From Desulfosudaceae bacterium (GTDB lineage: Bacteria > Desulfobacterota > Desulfobacteria > Desulfobacterales > Desulfosudaceae), in assembly GCA_963674745.2 (NCBI GenBank), contig CAXXDV010000001.1:1376001-1440000 (forward strand): a DNA stretch of 64,000 nt. Reading direction: 5' to 3'. The notes under the pieces were generated by a model. The model had not been told where the DNA came from. It did not search any database and worked only from the letters and a program-made list of their open reading frames with translations. The position numbers were made by a program, and so were the translations under genes. Within the stretch, counting starts at the first letter, position 1, and each line of letters starts with the position of its first letter. Shown here piece after piece: positions 10,158-20,096 of this stretch.

Positions 10158-11498
10158 TTAGCGCTCCGATACTTCCTTATAATAGTTATTCCTGGCCTGC
10201 TGCAGAATACTGTTCAACTCGATCTTGGATGGACAGACATAAGTGCACAGGCCGCATTCCACGCAATCCAGCATACCATGGGCCAGGGATTCTTCAACCT
10301 CACCGGCCAGAATACTTTTGATCGTAAACTGGGGCAGAATATCAACCGGACAAACCCCGGCACAACTGCCGCAGTTGACACAGGCCCGCTCTTCTCCATG
10401 CTGACCGGAATCGGGAATAAACGGTTTTTTGTTCAAAACAGATAAAAACGCCCGGGATTGGCTGGGTTTGTTCCAGCCCGGCCGCAGAAAACCGAAAAAT
10501 TCAGGTTTGTTGCCGGCCGGTAAAACCGTCAAAGCGGAATCGTAAAACCCGAGATAATCATTCGATCCTGCCGCGCTTCCCCGCCAGGCACTGCCGGAAA
10601 TGGCCCGGAGATCTTTATTCTCGTTTAATTCCGGCGCCAGCAGTGAGATCGGCGCACCGGCCCGGGTCAGGACGTGGCGGGTGTTGCCCGGTGCGGAAAC
10701 CGTAACCAGTCTTTCGACGGGAAAAAGCCCCTCCCCCAGAAAACGACCCATCTGAAGCACATCCCGGCCGTGAATAAACCAGCAGCGGTTGGCGGCCGAA
10801 GAGGCCCGGGTATAATAGAGGAACACGCCCGGGTCATCCGCCGGGTATCTGCCCGAAACCCGGTGGGTAACCGCCCGGGCAAGTTCCGGTTCCAGGCTGT
10901 CCGTATCATGACAGGTGACCAGGTAAATTTCAGGGGCCAGTCGCTTTAAGGCGTCCAGGCCGAAAAAAAACGCTTCCATGGAACCGTTCAAGTAAAGCGA
11001 CGGACCGGCGTGAAAAAGATCCAGGGAATCCAGGTTGACGATAATGGCCGGCGGCGTCACCGCCGGGTCGGCAATATCACGGAAGGGCAGGGTCCGGATC
11101 AGCGGCCAGAGGCCTCCGGACATCAGGTGCCGGGTCAGGTCTTTTCGTGAAATGGTGGCCAGCTGATGGGGGTCAATGGCGTCAAAACCCTGTCGTTCTT
11201 CTTCTTTGTCAAGCTGAATCACAATGGCGCGGATGATCCGCCGGGGGCCGAAATCAATTTCTTTAATCGTGCCGCTGCCGGGTGAAACAAAAACAAAGTC
11301 CGGATTACGCTTGTCCGTAAACAGAACACTTCCCTGTTTGACGCGGTCATCGACCTTGACGTGCAGTTTGGGCTTGATATGGGGAATGCCTGCCGGTGAC
11401 ACGCCGACATGATCCATGTCCGTCAAACGGGACACATGATCCTTCGGCCGGCCGGTAACATTCAGATCCAGCCCTTTTTTCATGGCAATGGTAATCAA
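10158..11498 (-). CDS. nqrA: Na+-NQR subunit A with C-terminal 2x[4Fe-4S] domain
   Basis: KKGLDL..G.P, SPGSGTIKEI.GPRR, GRYPA; CVNCGSCAGVCP and CVECGLCTYVCPSKIEL. Confidence 0.92.
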   Translation of the reverse strand: MITIAMKKGLDLNVTGRPKDHVSRLTDMDHVGVSPAGIPHIKPKLHVKVDDRVKQGSVLFTDKRNPDFVFVSPGSGTIKEIDFGPRRIIRAIVIQLDKEEERQGFDAIDPHQLATISRKDLTRHLMSGGLWPLIRTLPFRDIADPAVTPPAIIVNLDSLDLFHAGPSLYLNGSMEAFFFGLDALKRLAPEIYLVTCHDTDSLEPELARAVTHRVSGRYPADDPGVFLYYTRASSAANRCWFIHGRDVLQMGRFLGEGLFPVERLVTVSAPGNTRHVLTRAGAPISLLAPELNENKDLRAISGSAWRGSAAGSNDYLGFYDSALTVLPAGNKPEFFGFLRPGWNKPSQSRAFLSVLNKKPFIPDSGQHGEERACVNCGSCAGVCPVDILPQFTIKSILAGEVEESLAHGMLDCVECGLCTYVCPSKIELNSILQQARNNYYKEVSER

Positions 11499-12022
11499 TT
11501 TGGAATCCGTATCAGGGTTTATCCAAAGTTACCACGAGTGAAGACAAGTTTCAAGTCAGACGTTGGGTCTTATCAGCGGGACCCAACATAGCAGTATTCC
11601 GGGTTGTACTTTAAACTGTTTTACGTTTTCCTGAGTATAGCGCAGGTTTTTTATTGATCCTTTTATGGTTTGCACCCCCGGTCATTTTATAGATATCGTA
11701 TCAAAAAAGCAGGAAAATTGTTATGTATATCGAAGTTACCACTTCAACTGGCAGAGAACCTAAAAGAGCAGGATTAATAATATACAGCAGAGCAAGTACC
11801 TTTTTAGCCAACTAAAGGGGTTGTAATCACAGCAACTTGTATAGGGTCATTTATCTGAATACAATTAATCGGTTATTTTTCACCTGTATCTTTCACAAGC
11901 AAATACCCATAATTTTTACAGATTTATGAGATATATCCCAAATTCCTTGTTGATGTTCTCTACCGGTTCGCTTTTTTCCTGTTGACATTCGTAAATATAT
12001 AATAGAAATTTAGAAAAATTAA

Positions 12023-12106
12023 TCTCATGCTAAAGCTAGACTTCGGGTGACTGAAGGACGGAAAGCAACGGGTCTTTAGATTAAAGACAGCCGGGCCGCC
12101 ATGAGG
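12023..12106 (+). ncRNA. Cyclic di-GMP-I (GEMM-I) riboswitch aptamer
   Basis: P1 CTCATG/CATGAG; P2 CTTCGG-GTGA-CTGAAG (GNRA loop); junction GGACGGAAAG; P3 GGGTCT...AGACAGCCGGG, matching the deltaproteobacterial GEMM-I scaffold. Confidence 0.85.
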
Positions 12107-12117
12107 CAAAGAACTTC

Positions 12118-12160
12118 AAGCCGGGCTGTCTGGACAAAAAGACGGCCCGGCTTTTTTTGT
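12118..12160 (+). terminator. Intrinsic terminator, riboswitch expression platform
   Basis: AAGCCGGGCTGTCT-GGACAAAA-AGACGGCCCGGCTT followed by a T-tract. Confidence 0.85.
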
Positions 12161-12286
12161 TTTTGGGGGAGTGTTTCAACATACCAGAAAAGATTTACCA
12201 ACTGAACAACAACATTAAGACAAATTTATTGCCATTCCGGGCGAAAGGGGTGAAGACCAGCATGATAATATTGTAGAATATTACAA

Positions 12287-13213
12287 GTGCTTGAGTCTTT
12301 TCGCATAAAAACTTTGATAATAAAGAAAAAATTGATATTTACCGGTTTTGTTTTTGTTCTGATTCTGGTAATGGGCGGTGCGGTTTATTTTATAAAATAT
12401 AACGAGCGTGTTGTTTCTTATACAGTACCCAGGCAAATCAGATACGGCTTTACGGTTCAGAACACGACCAACAGGTTAATAAACAATGCGGGGCTTTTTG
12501 TTTACGCGCCGGTAAAACAGACCGGTTCGCAATTGTGCAGCGCCATTGAGGCGTCTCACCCCTATACGATGGAGATTGATGCCCTTGGTAACCAGGTACT
12601 CAAGTTTACTTTTGAGAAGCTCCCACCCTATGCCACCAGAATTATAAACATTAAAGCAGAAGTAATGCTTTCGGAAGAGCCGAATCGCCTGCCCGGTGCA
12701 AAGAAAGACCGGGCCGCTTTCCTGAAACCGGAAAAATATGTGGAATCAGATCAGCCCGCGGTTATTAAAAAGGCGCAGGCATTAAAAAAGAAAAAAACGG
12801 TTGATACAGCCGAGAGCATTAATAATTTTGTCGCCGGTCATATCCAGCAGGTCGGTTATATCCGCAATGAACGGGGGGCACTTTACGCCCTGTCCCGTAA
12901 AAAAGGGGACTGCACGGAAAATATGGACCTGTTTACCGCCCTGTGCCGGGCAACAGGTATCCCGTGCCGGAGAGTCGGCGGATACATCTGCCGGAATAAC
13001 TGCCTGCTGTCAGCCGGCGGATTTCACAACTGGGCTGAATTCTATGATAAAGATCGCTGGTTTCTGGCAGATCCACAGCAGCGTGTCTTTATGCAGAAAC
13101 CAGACGACTATATCGCTTTCAGGATTATCAGCGATACCAGCGAAAACAGTATGCAGCACTATAACCGGTTTCGCGTTCAGGGGAAGGGCGTGACCGTTAA
13201 AATGAATTCATAA
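12287..13213 (+). CDS. Membrane-anchored transglutaminase-like protein
   Basis: N-terminal TM; Cys-His-Asp triad GDCTEN...ALCRATGIPCRRVGGY...HNWAEFY...WFLADP. Confidence 0.9.
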   Translation: MLESFRIKTLIIKKKLIFTGFVFVLILVMGGAVYFIKYNERVVSYTVPRQIRYGFTVQNTTNRLINNAGLFVYAPVKQTGSQLCSAIEASHPYTMEIDALGNQVLKFTFEKLPPYATRIINIKAEVMLSEEPNRLPGAKKDRAAFLKPEKYVESDQPAVIKKAQALKKKKTVDTAESINNFVAGHIQQVGYIRNERGALYALSRKKGDCTENMDLFTALCRATGIPCRRVGGYICRNNCLLSAGGFHNWAEFYDKDRWFLADPQQRVFMQKPDDYIAFRIISDTSENSMQHYNRFRVQGKGVTVKMNS

Positions 13214-13294
13214 GCAGCACCAGCAATAATATTAAATAAGATCCGGGATATCCGGTCATAAAAGGGCCGATCCGCCTTTTACAAAACCACCATT

Positions 13295-16200
13295 ATGGGG
13301 GAAAGAATGGGTACAATCAGTCGACTGAAAAATGGGTTGTTTGTCCTTTTTGCAGCGGTTTTCTGCTTTGCGACTATGCAAGCAACTTTATCAATTGCTG
13401 AAGATTCCGAGGAACCAGTTTGCGCTAAGGTCAAAATCGAGATACGCCAGGAACTGACCCTGGAACGACAGGCCTTTGACGCGCATATGCGCATCAATAA
13501 CGGATTGTCAGACATAGACCTGATCAACCTCAAGGTGGATATCATCTTTACCGATGAAGAAGGCAATTCCGTTGTTGCTACAACAAGTACTATTCCGGAT
13601 GATACGACTTCTGGTGCCTGTTTTTTTATTCGCAAGGATTCGGACAATATTACCCTCCTGGCAGATGACACCTGGAAGCTTGATAACGTCACCCCTTCTA
13701 CTTCCTCTGATTTTCACTGGCTGATTATTCCGGTTCCCGGATCCGCCGGAGATGATCCTGAAGGCAAACTCTATTTTGTCGGCGCGAGGCTGACATATCA
13801 AATGGGTGCCAACGGAGAAGAGCATATTGTGGAAGTGCGCCCTGATTCCATTTCTGTAAAACCGTTGCCGGAACTCACCCTGGACAGTTTTTTGAAATAC
13901 TGGGTATATGGTGATGACCCCTTAACGGAGGATGTTGTTGAACCCTTAATACCCTTTACGCTTGGAACACGGGTCAAGAATACCGGTAACAGCACCGCTT
14001 ATAACCTGAAAATCGAGTCCGCTCAGCCTAAAATCGTCGACAACGAAAAAGACCTGTTGGTCACATTTACCATTATCGGCAGCGAAGTCAACGGCGTGGT
14101 AACAGAAAACAGCCTGATGGTGGATCTGGGTAATATTGCGCCGGGCGAGGCCGCCATTGGTCGCTGGCTGATGACCAGCAGTCTTGTGGGCGAATTCACC
14201 GAGTTTGATGCCACCGTGTCGCATGCCGAAGCCCTGGGCGGGCAGGTCACCTCGATCATGAACAGTGACGGTATTAAAACCTGGTCTTTGATAAAGGATG
14301 TGCTGGTGGATCTGCCCGGCCGGGACCAGATCCGGGATTTTCTCGCCCTGACTTTTGATAATCCGCAGGTTCTGAAAGTGTGTGAATCAGAAGACGTGAA
14401 TGGTGTTTGGGATTCGGATGTTGTCGATCTTACCGGCGACGCATCAGTATCCTTTAACGACACATCATCCGGTGATGATACAACCTATAAGCTTCAGTTT
14501 TCCTCTTCTTCTCCTTTTGTTTATGTACGGGTTGCAGATCCGTTTGAAGAGGAGAAGATCATTAAAGAAGTGATCCGCAGTGACGGCAAACACATAAAAT
14601 CAGATAATGCCTGGCTGTGCAAAGAAAGAAACGATGATAAGGAATGGGAATACTTTTTCAATCTTTTCGATTTTGATTTCAATTCTACCGAAGATTATAC
14701 CGTTGTTTTTGATACGTCGATCGCGAATGATCCACCGAATTTTGTTGATTTAGACGAGCAGATAGGAACGGAAGACGAATTGTTGGAATTTACGGTTTCC
14801 GCAACTGATCCTGAAGGGGAAACGCTGACCCTCTCCGTTTCCAATCTTCCGGAAGGAGCTGATTTTATAGATAACGGTGATGGTACCGGGATCTTCAGCT
14901 GGACGCCCGCAATCGGTCAGGCAGGTGACTATGCGCCTGTTTTTCGGGCCAGTGACGGGCACACAACGGTTGTTATGATCGTACCCGTTGAAATCCGTTC
15001 AATAAACGATACGGATGGCGACGGCATGGATGATGACTGGGAAAAGGAATATTTCAATGATAGCCTGGAACGGGATGGCACCGGGGACTTTGATAGTGAC
15101 GGTATTTTAGATCTTGATGAATATTTAAACGGAACAGATCCAACAAGGGAAGACTATGGCCCGTCGCCACCGCTCATTGTATCACCCGCCGAGGGGCAGG
15201 ACGTGACCGTTCTTTCTCCTGTTTTGACAATCGACAACAGTACGGATCCGGACGGTGATACCCTGACCTATGACTTTGAGGTTTTCTCGGACTTGCAGCT
15301 GACCGACCGGGTGGCTGCTGCTCATGGTATGGCCGAAGGCGTTGACACCACGGCCTGGTCCGTTACCGGCGACCTGGACGACAATACACTGTACTACTGG
15401 CGTGTCCGGTCGTGTGACTATGCTGCTTCAAGTATCTGGACATACGGCACCTTTTTCGTAAATACAGCCAATGAAGCCCCCGGCGTTTTTAACATCAGCC
15501 GTCCGGCTGACGGCTCTTATGTGGACACCCTGACACCGGTCCTGGAAGTCACCAACAGCAGCGATGTCGATCAGAATGTCCTTACATACAAATTTGAGGT
15601 GTATGTACATAGTGACCTGACCGGTCTAGTTGCTTCGGTTACAGATAAATCGGCCGGCACCAGCGGTACCACCGCCTGGACGGTGGATACGAATCTTACT
15701 GATGAAACCACGTATTACTGGAAGTCGGTGGCGGTCGACCCCGATGGCCTGGAAACATCAACAACCGGTTCCTTTACCGTATCCACCGCCAACCAGGCGC
15801 CGAGCGCGCCGGCCATAGATGCCCCGGCTGTCGGTGAGAGGGTTATTGTTCATCAACTGGATATTGTCGTTACCAACGCGGTCGACCCGGAAGGGAATAC
15901 CCTGGTCTACGACTTCCAGCTCGATACGGTCAATACGTTTGACAGTTCAAATCTGGTAACAGCCGCTGATATTCCCGAAGGCACGGCCTCAACCGCCTGG
16001 TATGTGACCGACCTGTTCAGCAACACCACTTATTTCTGGCGGGCACGTGCTTTTGACGGGGCCGCTTACAGCCCCTGGGTGACAGGCAATTTTCTGGTCA
16101 ATCCCATCAATCAGGCGCCCCAGACACCGACCCTGAACAACCCGGGCCATACCGCCTGGGTCCAGTCGCTTACCCCGGAACTGGCCGTCAATCCCGCCAT

Positions 16201-19120
16201 TGATCCGGATGGGGATGATCTGAACTATTATTTTGAGTTGTATTCGGACAGCGAATTTGAAGACCTGGTTTTTGAAGGATCTTCCGCCCAGCCGTCTTTT
16301 GTTGTTCCTTCAGAGCTTGATGATAATACCCGTTATTTCTGGCGGGCTTTGGCGGAAGACCCGGATGGCGAAGTCAGCGAATGGATGGAAGACGCGCAAT
16401 TTTTTGTCAGGGCGTATGGGAGCGGTTCAGATGATCTGACGGTCAACGTAACAACAAGTAACGAGACGCCGGTTGTTGACGTACCTGTTTATGCTTTTAC
16501 GGCTTCAGGATCATATACGGGGCTTAAATCCCAGACCGATGATGATGGCGACGCCCTGTTTGTACCGGATGATTTTGCATCAGGCGATTATCAATTCCGG
16601 GTGGATTATATGGGAAGTCAATTCTGGACGGAAACGATATCCATGCCCGAAACCACGCTGGTAGAAAAAAGCATAGAAGTTGAAACTGTGGAAGTAACGG
16701 TTTCAACCGCTACCGGTGTTGTTGAAGGCGCACCCGTCTATCTGTTTACTGCTGATAAAAGCTATCTTGATCTCGACGAAGTTACCGATGTGGACGGTAT
16801 GGCCGACTTCATACTGCCCGTGGAAGAAGACTTTGTTTTCCGGGCGGATATCTTGTCCAGCCAATACTGGAGTGATGTGACGACCGTGTCCGTCGGAGCA
16901 ACCAATGAGGTGGCGGTGGAGGCCGGCGGCGGTGAATGGACGCTCTACGTCCTGAAAGACGCCTTTTGGCCCATGGAAGAAATAAACACCTATTTGTTTA
17001 AGGATAACGGTGCCTATCTGAATAAAAACGAAACCACCGACGTGTCAGGAGCGGTTTTGTATAATGTTCCGGAGGGCGTCTATAAAGTCAGGGCGGATTA
17101 TCTGGGATACCAGTTCTGGACCGAGGATACGACCGTAGATGATGATATAACCCTTGACCTGGATATTGCCCACCAGGATGTTGTTATCGATGTTGTCGGC
17201 ATGTATCAGGGCACGGCCGACCCCCTGGAAGACCTCAGTGTCTATCTCTTCACGGAGGCAGGCGCATATATGAATCTCAACCAGAACACCGATGTCGACG
17301 GCCAGGCCCTTTTTAATCTGCCTGAGCAGGCCTATAAAGTCCGGGCCGATTTCCTCAACAGGCAGTATTGGTCCGAAATCTTTACATGGGAAGACCGGAC
17401 AATCGAGATCCCCATGGCGGAAGTCGAGATCACAGTCGTTGATGGCGTACCCATAACTGATGTGCCGGTTTATGTATTCAACGAGGCCGGTGCTTATCTG
17501 AACATCACCGGAACCACCGATACCGACGGTACAGTATCGTTTCGTATTCCCGCCGGCTTATATAAATTCCGGGCGGACTATCAGACCCATCAATTCTGGA
17601 GCGGCACAGCTCAATTAACAGCGGATCAGGAGAATCCTGTAACCATTTATACCGGGGGAGGACTCTTTTCCCTGACGGTCACAAAAGACGGCACCCTGCC
17701 TGTCTTCGGCGAGAACTGTTATGTCTTTAACGAGATTGGGACATATATTGGATTGACGGGTGTGACCGACAGTTGCGGCCAGGTCGGTTTTGATCTGTCT
17801 GACGGCATCTACAACTTCCGGTTAGATTATTTGGGCTATCAGTTCTGGTCAGGGTTCTTGACCGTACCGGAAGCCTTGAGCGAGGCCATGATTATTCCCC
17901 ATCAGGATACGATTGTCACCGTCAACAGCGTCTACCAGGATACGATTGAGCCATTAGTCGAAATTAAAACGTATCTCTTCACCGATTTGGATATTTATAT
18001 GAACCAAAGTCCGGTCACCGATGTCAACGGCCAGGTGGCCTTTGATCTGCCTGAGCAGCCATATAAAGTCCGGGCCGATTACCTGGGCCGGCAATACTGG
18101 TCTGAAGCGTTTACATGGCAGGAAAAAACCATCGAAATTCCCACGGCCGAAGCCGAAATTACGGTAGCCGGAAACGGACAAACGCTGGAAGGAATACCGG
18201 TTTATGTCTTTAATGAGGACGAAGATTATTTAAATATCACTGATATTACCGACATGGATGGTCAGGTCTCCTTCCGGCTTCCGGCCGGTGATTACAAGTT
18301 CCGTGCTGATCATCAGGGCAGCAACTACTGGAGTGAGATTGTCGGTTTGACGGCTGATCAGGTCAATACGATTGACATCTCGACCGGCGGTGGCACTTTT
18401 AACCTGACCGTTTTAAAAAGTGCCACCGAGTCCCTGGTCGGTGCCGGGTGCTATCTTTTCGGCAGCAGCGGTAATTACTTGAACCTGTCGGCTGTCACCA
18501 GCAGTGAGGGCCAGGTGTCCTTTGACGTGGCCGACGGTGATTATAAGGTCCGGGTGGACTATCTCGGCTATCAGTTTTGGACGGAAACCTTTACCGTGCC
18601 CGATACACTTTCAAAAGTATTGACCCTACCCCATCAGAACGTAACCATAACAGTTACCAGGGAATATCAGGCTCAAACCCCGCTGGAAGGAGTTCCCGTT
18701 TACCTATTCAAACCTTCCGGTACTTACATGAACCAAAGGCTGAGCACGGACGTCAATGGCCAGGCGGTTTTTTATCTGCCCGACCAGGCCTACAAGGTCA
18801 GGGCGAATTATCTGGGCAACCAGTTCTGGTCGGCCGACTTTCAAGCCACTGATACCGCCGTCACCATTGACCATAACCTGGTGAAAGTGCATGTTCACCG
18901 ATCGGGCACTGATGTGGTCGGGGCGGTAGTTTACCTTTTCACAGGCAGCGGATCATACCTGAGCACAAACCAGGCCACCGACAGCACAGGCATGGTGGAT
19001 TTTCTGCTGCCGGAGAGGGATTTTAAATTTCGGGCCGATCAAGGCAGCGACAAGGTTTACAGCACGGTCATCAGTGTACAGACGGGGCCGGAGCAGGTAG
19101 TGGAGATCGATCTGGATTAA
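13295..19120 (+). CDS. Giant secreted acidic Ig/FN3-repeat protein (cadherin/He_PIG-like, Ca-binding DxDGDG, carboxypeptidase-regulatory-like repeats); start may be 13307
   Basis: Signal peptide; ATDPEGETL, DTDGDGMDDDWE, five YYWR/K FN3-like repeats, about 10 repeats ending YKVRADYLGxQFW. Confidence 0.85.
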   Translation: MGERMGTISRLKNGLFVLFAAVFCFATMQATLSIAEDSEEPVCAKVKIEIRQELTLERQAFDAHMRINNGLSDIDLINLKVDIIFTDEEGNSVVATTSTIPDDTTSGACFFIRKDSDNITLLADDTWKLDNVTPSTSSDFHWLIIPVPGSAGDDPEGKLYFVGARLTYQMGANGEEHIVEVRPDSISVKPLPELTLDSFLKYWVYGDDPLTEDVVEPLIPFTLGTRVKNTGNSTAYNLKIESAQPKIVDNEKDLLVTFTIIGSEVNGVVTENSLMVDLGNIAPGEAAIGRWLMTSSLVGEFTEFDATVSHAEALGGQVTSIMNSDGIKTWSLIKDVLVDLPGRDQIRDFLALTFDNPQVLKVCESEDVNGVWDSDVVDLTGDASVSFNDTSSGDDTTYKLQFSSSSPFVYVRVADPFEEEKIIKEVIRSDGKHIKSDNAWLCKERNDDKEWEYFFNLFDFDFNSTEDYTVVFDTSIANDPPNFVDLDEQIGTEDELLEFTVSATDPEGETLTLSVSNLPEGADFIDNGDGTGIFSWTPAIGQAGDYAPVFRASDGHTTVVMIVPVEIRSINDTDGDGMDDDWEKEYFNDSLERDGTGDFDSDGILDLDEYLNGTDPTREDYGPSPPLIVSPAEGQDVTVLSPVLTIDNSTDPDGDTLTYDFEVFSDLQLTDRVAAAHGMAEGVDTTAWSVTGDLDDNTLYYWRVRSCDYAASSIWTYGTFFVNTANEAPGVFNISRPADGSYVDTLTPVLEVTNSSDVDQNVLTYKFEVYVHSDLTGLVASVTDKSAGTSGTTAWTVDTNLTDETTYYWKSVAVDPDGLETSTTGSFTVSTANQAPSAPAIDAPAVGERVIVHQLDIVVTNAVDPEGNTLVYDFQLDTVNTFDSSNLVTAADIPEGTASTAWYVTDLFSNTTYFWRARAFDGAAYSPWVTGNFLVNPINQAPQTPTLNNPGHTAWVQSLTPELAVNPAIDPDGDDLNYYFELYSDSEFEDLVFEGSSAQPSFVVPSELDDNTRYFWRALAEDPDGEVSEWMEDAQFFVRAYGSGSDDLTVNVTTSNETPVVDVPVYAFTASGSYTGLKSQTDDDGDALFVPDDFASGDYQFRVDYMGSQFWTETISMPETTLVEKSIEVETVEVTVSTATGVVEGAPVYLFTADKSYLDLDEVTDVDGMADFILPVEEDFVFRADILSSQYWSDVTTVSVGATNEVAVEAGGGEWTLYVLKDAFWPMEEINTYLFKDNGAYLNKNETTDVSGAVLYNVPEGVYKVRADYLGYQFWTEDTTVDDDITLDLDIAHQDVVIDVVGMYQGTADPLEDLSVYLFTEAGAYMNLNQNTDVDGQALFNLPEQAYKVRADFLNRQYWSEIFTWEDRTIEIPMAEVEITVVDGVPITDVPVYVFNEAGAYLNITGTTDTDGTVSFRIPAGLYKFRADYQTHQFWSGTAQLTADQENPVTIYTGGGLFSLTVTKDGTLPVFGENCYVFNEIGTYIGLTGVTDSCGQVGFDLSDGIYNFRLDYLGYQFWSGFLTVPEALSEAMIIPHQDTIVTVNSVYQDTIEPLVEIKTYLFTDLDIYMNQSPVTDVNGQVAFDLPEQPYKVRADYLGRQYWSEAFTWQEKTIEIPTAEAEITVAGNGQTLEGIPVYVFNEDEDYLNITDITDMDGQVSFRLPAGDYKFRADHQGSNYWSEIVGLTADQVNTIDISTGGGTFNLTVLKSATESLVGAGCYLFGSSGNYLNLSAVTSSEGQVSFDVADGDYKVRVDYLGYQFWTETFTVPDTLSKVLTLPHQNVTITVTREYQAQTPLEGVPVYLFKPSGTYMNQRLSTDVNGQAVFYLPDQAYKVRANYLGNQFWSADFQATDTAVTIDHNLVKVHVHRSGTDVVGAVVYLFTGSGSYLSTNQATDSTGMVDFLLPERDFKFRADQGSDKVYSTVISVQTGPEQVVEIDLD

Positions 19121-19175
19121 ACGGTTATGATCGACATGCTTTTCGTAAAAGGAATGGCGTTCCGGGAGTAGCGTT

Positions 19176-20009
19176 ATGAGATTTCTTATATTGATAATTC
19201 AAATGATGTTGAGTCTGGTTCCGGCAGCAGCTGCCCTGGCAACTGATACACCGCCGGCTGGTTCTTCCGCAGCAGCCCCTCTGGTGACTCACGACTATAC
19301 CTTGTCCCTTACGGCCAATTCAATTCGTCACAAGATCGAAAAGGAAGCACCAGTCGTGATCGTGGATGTCAGAAACCGGTCGGACTATGAGAAGATTCAC
19401 ATCACGTCCGCCATTAATCTCCCGCTTTATGCGGTCAAGACCAAGCCGTTTTTTAAACGAAGTACGCTGGTGCTGACCAACAACGGGTTTAATTACGGCC
19501 TTCTGGAAAAGGAAGCCGGACGTCTCAAAGAACTGGGCTTTGATGTTTCAATCCTGCGAGGAGGAATCAATGCCTGGCTGGAAGCGGATTTTCCGCTGAC
19601 CGGTGATGTCTTTTCCCAAAAGGATGTCTGGCTGGTTGAGCCCAAAGATGCCTGCCTGGAGCAGCGATACAATTCCTATCTGGCGGTCAACGCGGAACCT
19701 GAAAAAAAATCAGGCTCAATGTTTTCAAACGTGATGGACCTGGAACCAACCGATCCAGCCGTTATTGGAAAACTGAAAAAATATAATCAGAACCACCCGG
19801 CCAATAATGTGCTGGTGTTTAACGAGACCGGCGAAAGCTATGCCCCCATCAGAGAACAGCTGCTTGAAGCCGGTGTCAGGCATGTGTTTTGTCTCAAGGG
19901 CGGGCTGGAAGGTTACGCGACATATCTTCATAACCTTGAGTTGTCCAGGGCGCCCCGGGAAAAACGGATCGTATCCACTGAAAAATGCAAAAGATGCAGA
20001 GATTTATAA
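19176..20009 (+). CDS. Exported tandem rhodanese-like protein lacking the catalytic Cys
   Basis: Signal peptide; IVDVR...HITSAINLP, LRGGINAW, second LKGGLEGY; active-site loops read LTNNG and VFNETG. Confidence 0.8.
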   Translation: MRFLILIIQMMLSLVPAAAALATDTPPAGSSAAAPLVTHDYTLSLTANSIRHKIEKEAPVVIVDVRNRSDYEKIHITSAINLPLYAVKTKPFFKRSTLVLTNNGFNYGLLEKEAGRLKELGFDVSILRGGINAWLEADFPLTGDVFSQKDVWLVEPKDACLEQRYNSYLAVNAEPEKKSGSMFSNVMDLEPTDPAVIGKLKKYNQNHPANNVLVFNETGESYAPIREQLLEAGVRHVFCLKGGLEGYATYLHNLELSRAPREKRIVSTEKCKRCRDL

Positions 20010-20096
20010 ACGGCTTGTGCCGGCCGCGGAACTACTGGCCGGACTATTAATAATAACACGCAAATATTATTACGACACATTAAACATTATAAAAGA

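Noticed and set aside
11982..12010. Sigma70 promoter upstream of the riboswitch
   Set aside because: TTGACA is perfect but TATAAT is only 10 bp away, and the hexamer at 17 bp is poor. A promoter is likely nearby but cannot be placed.
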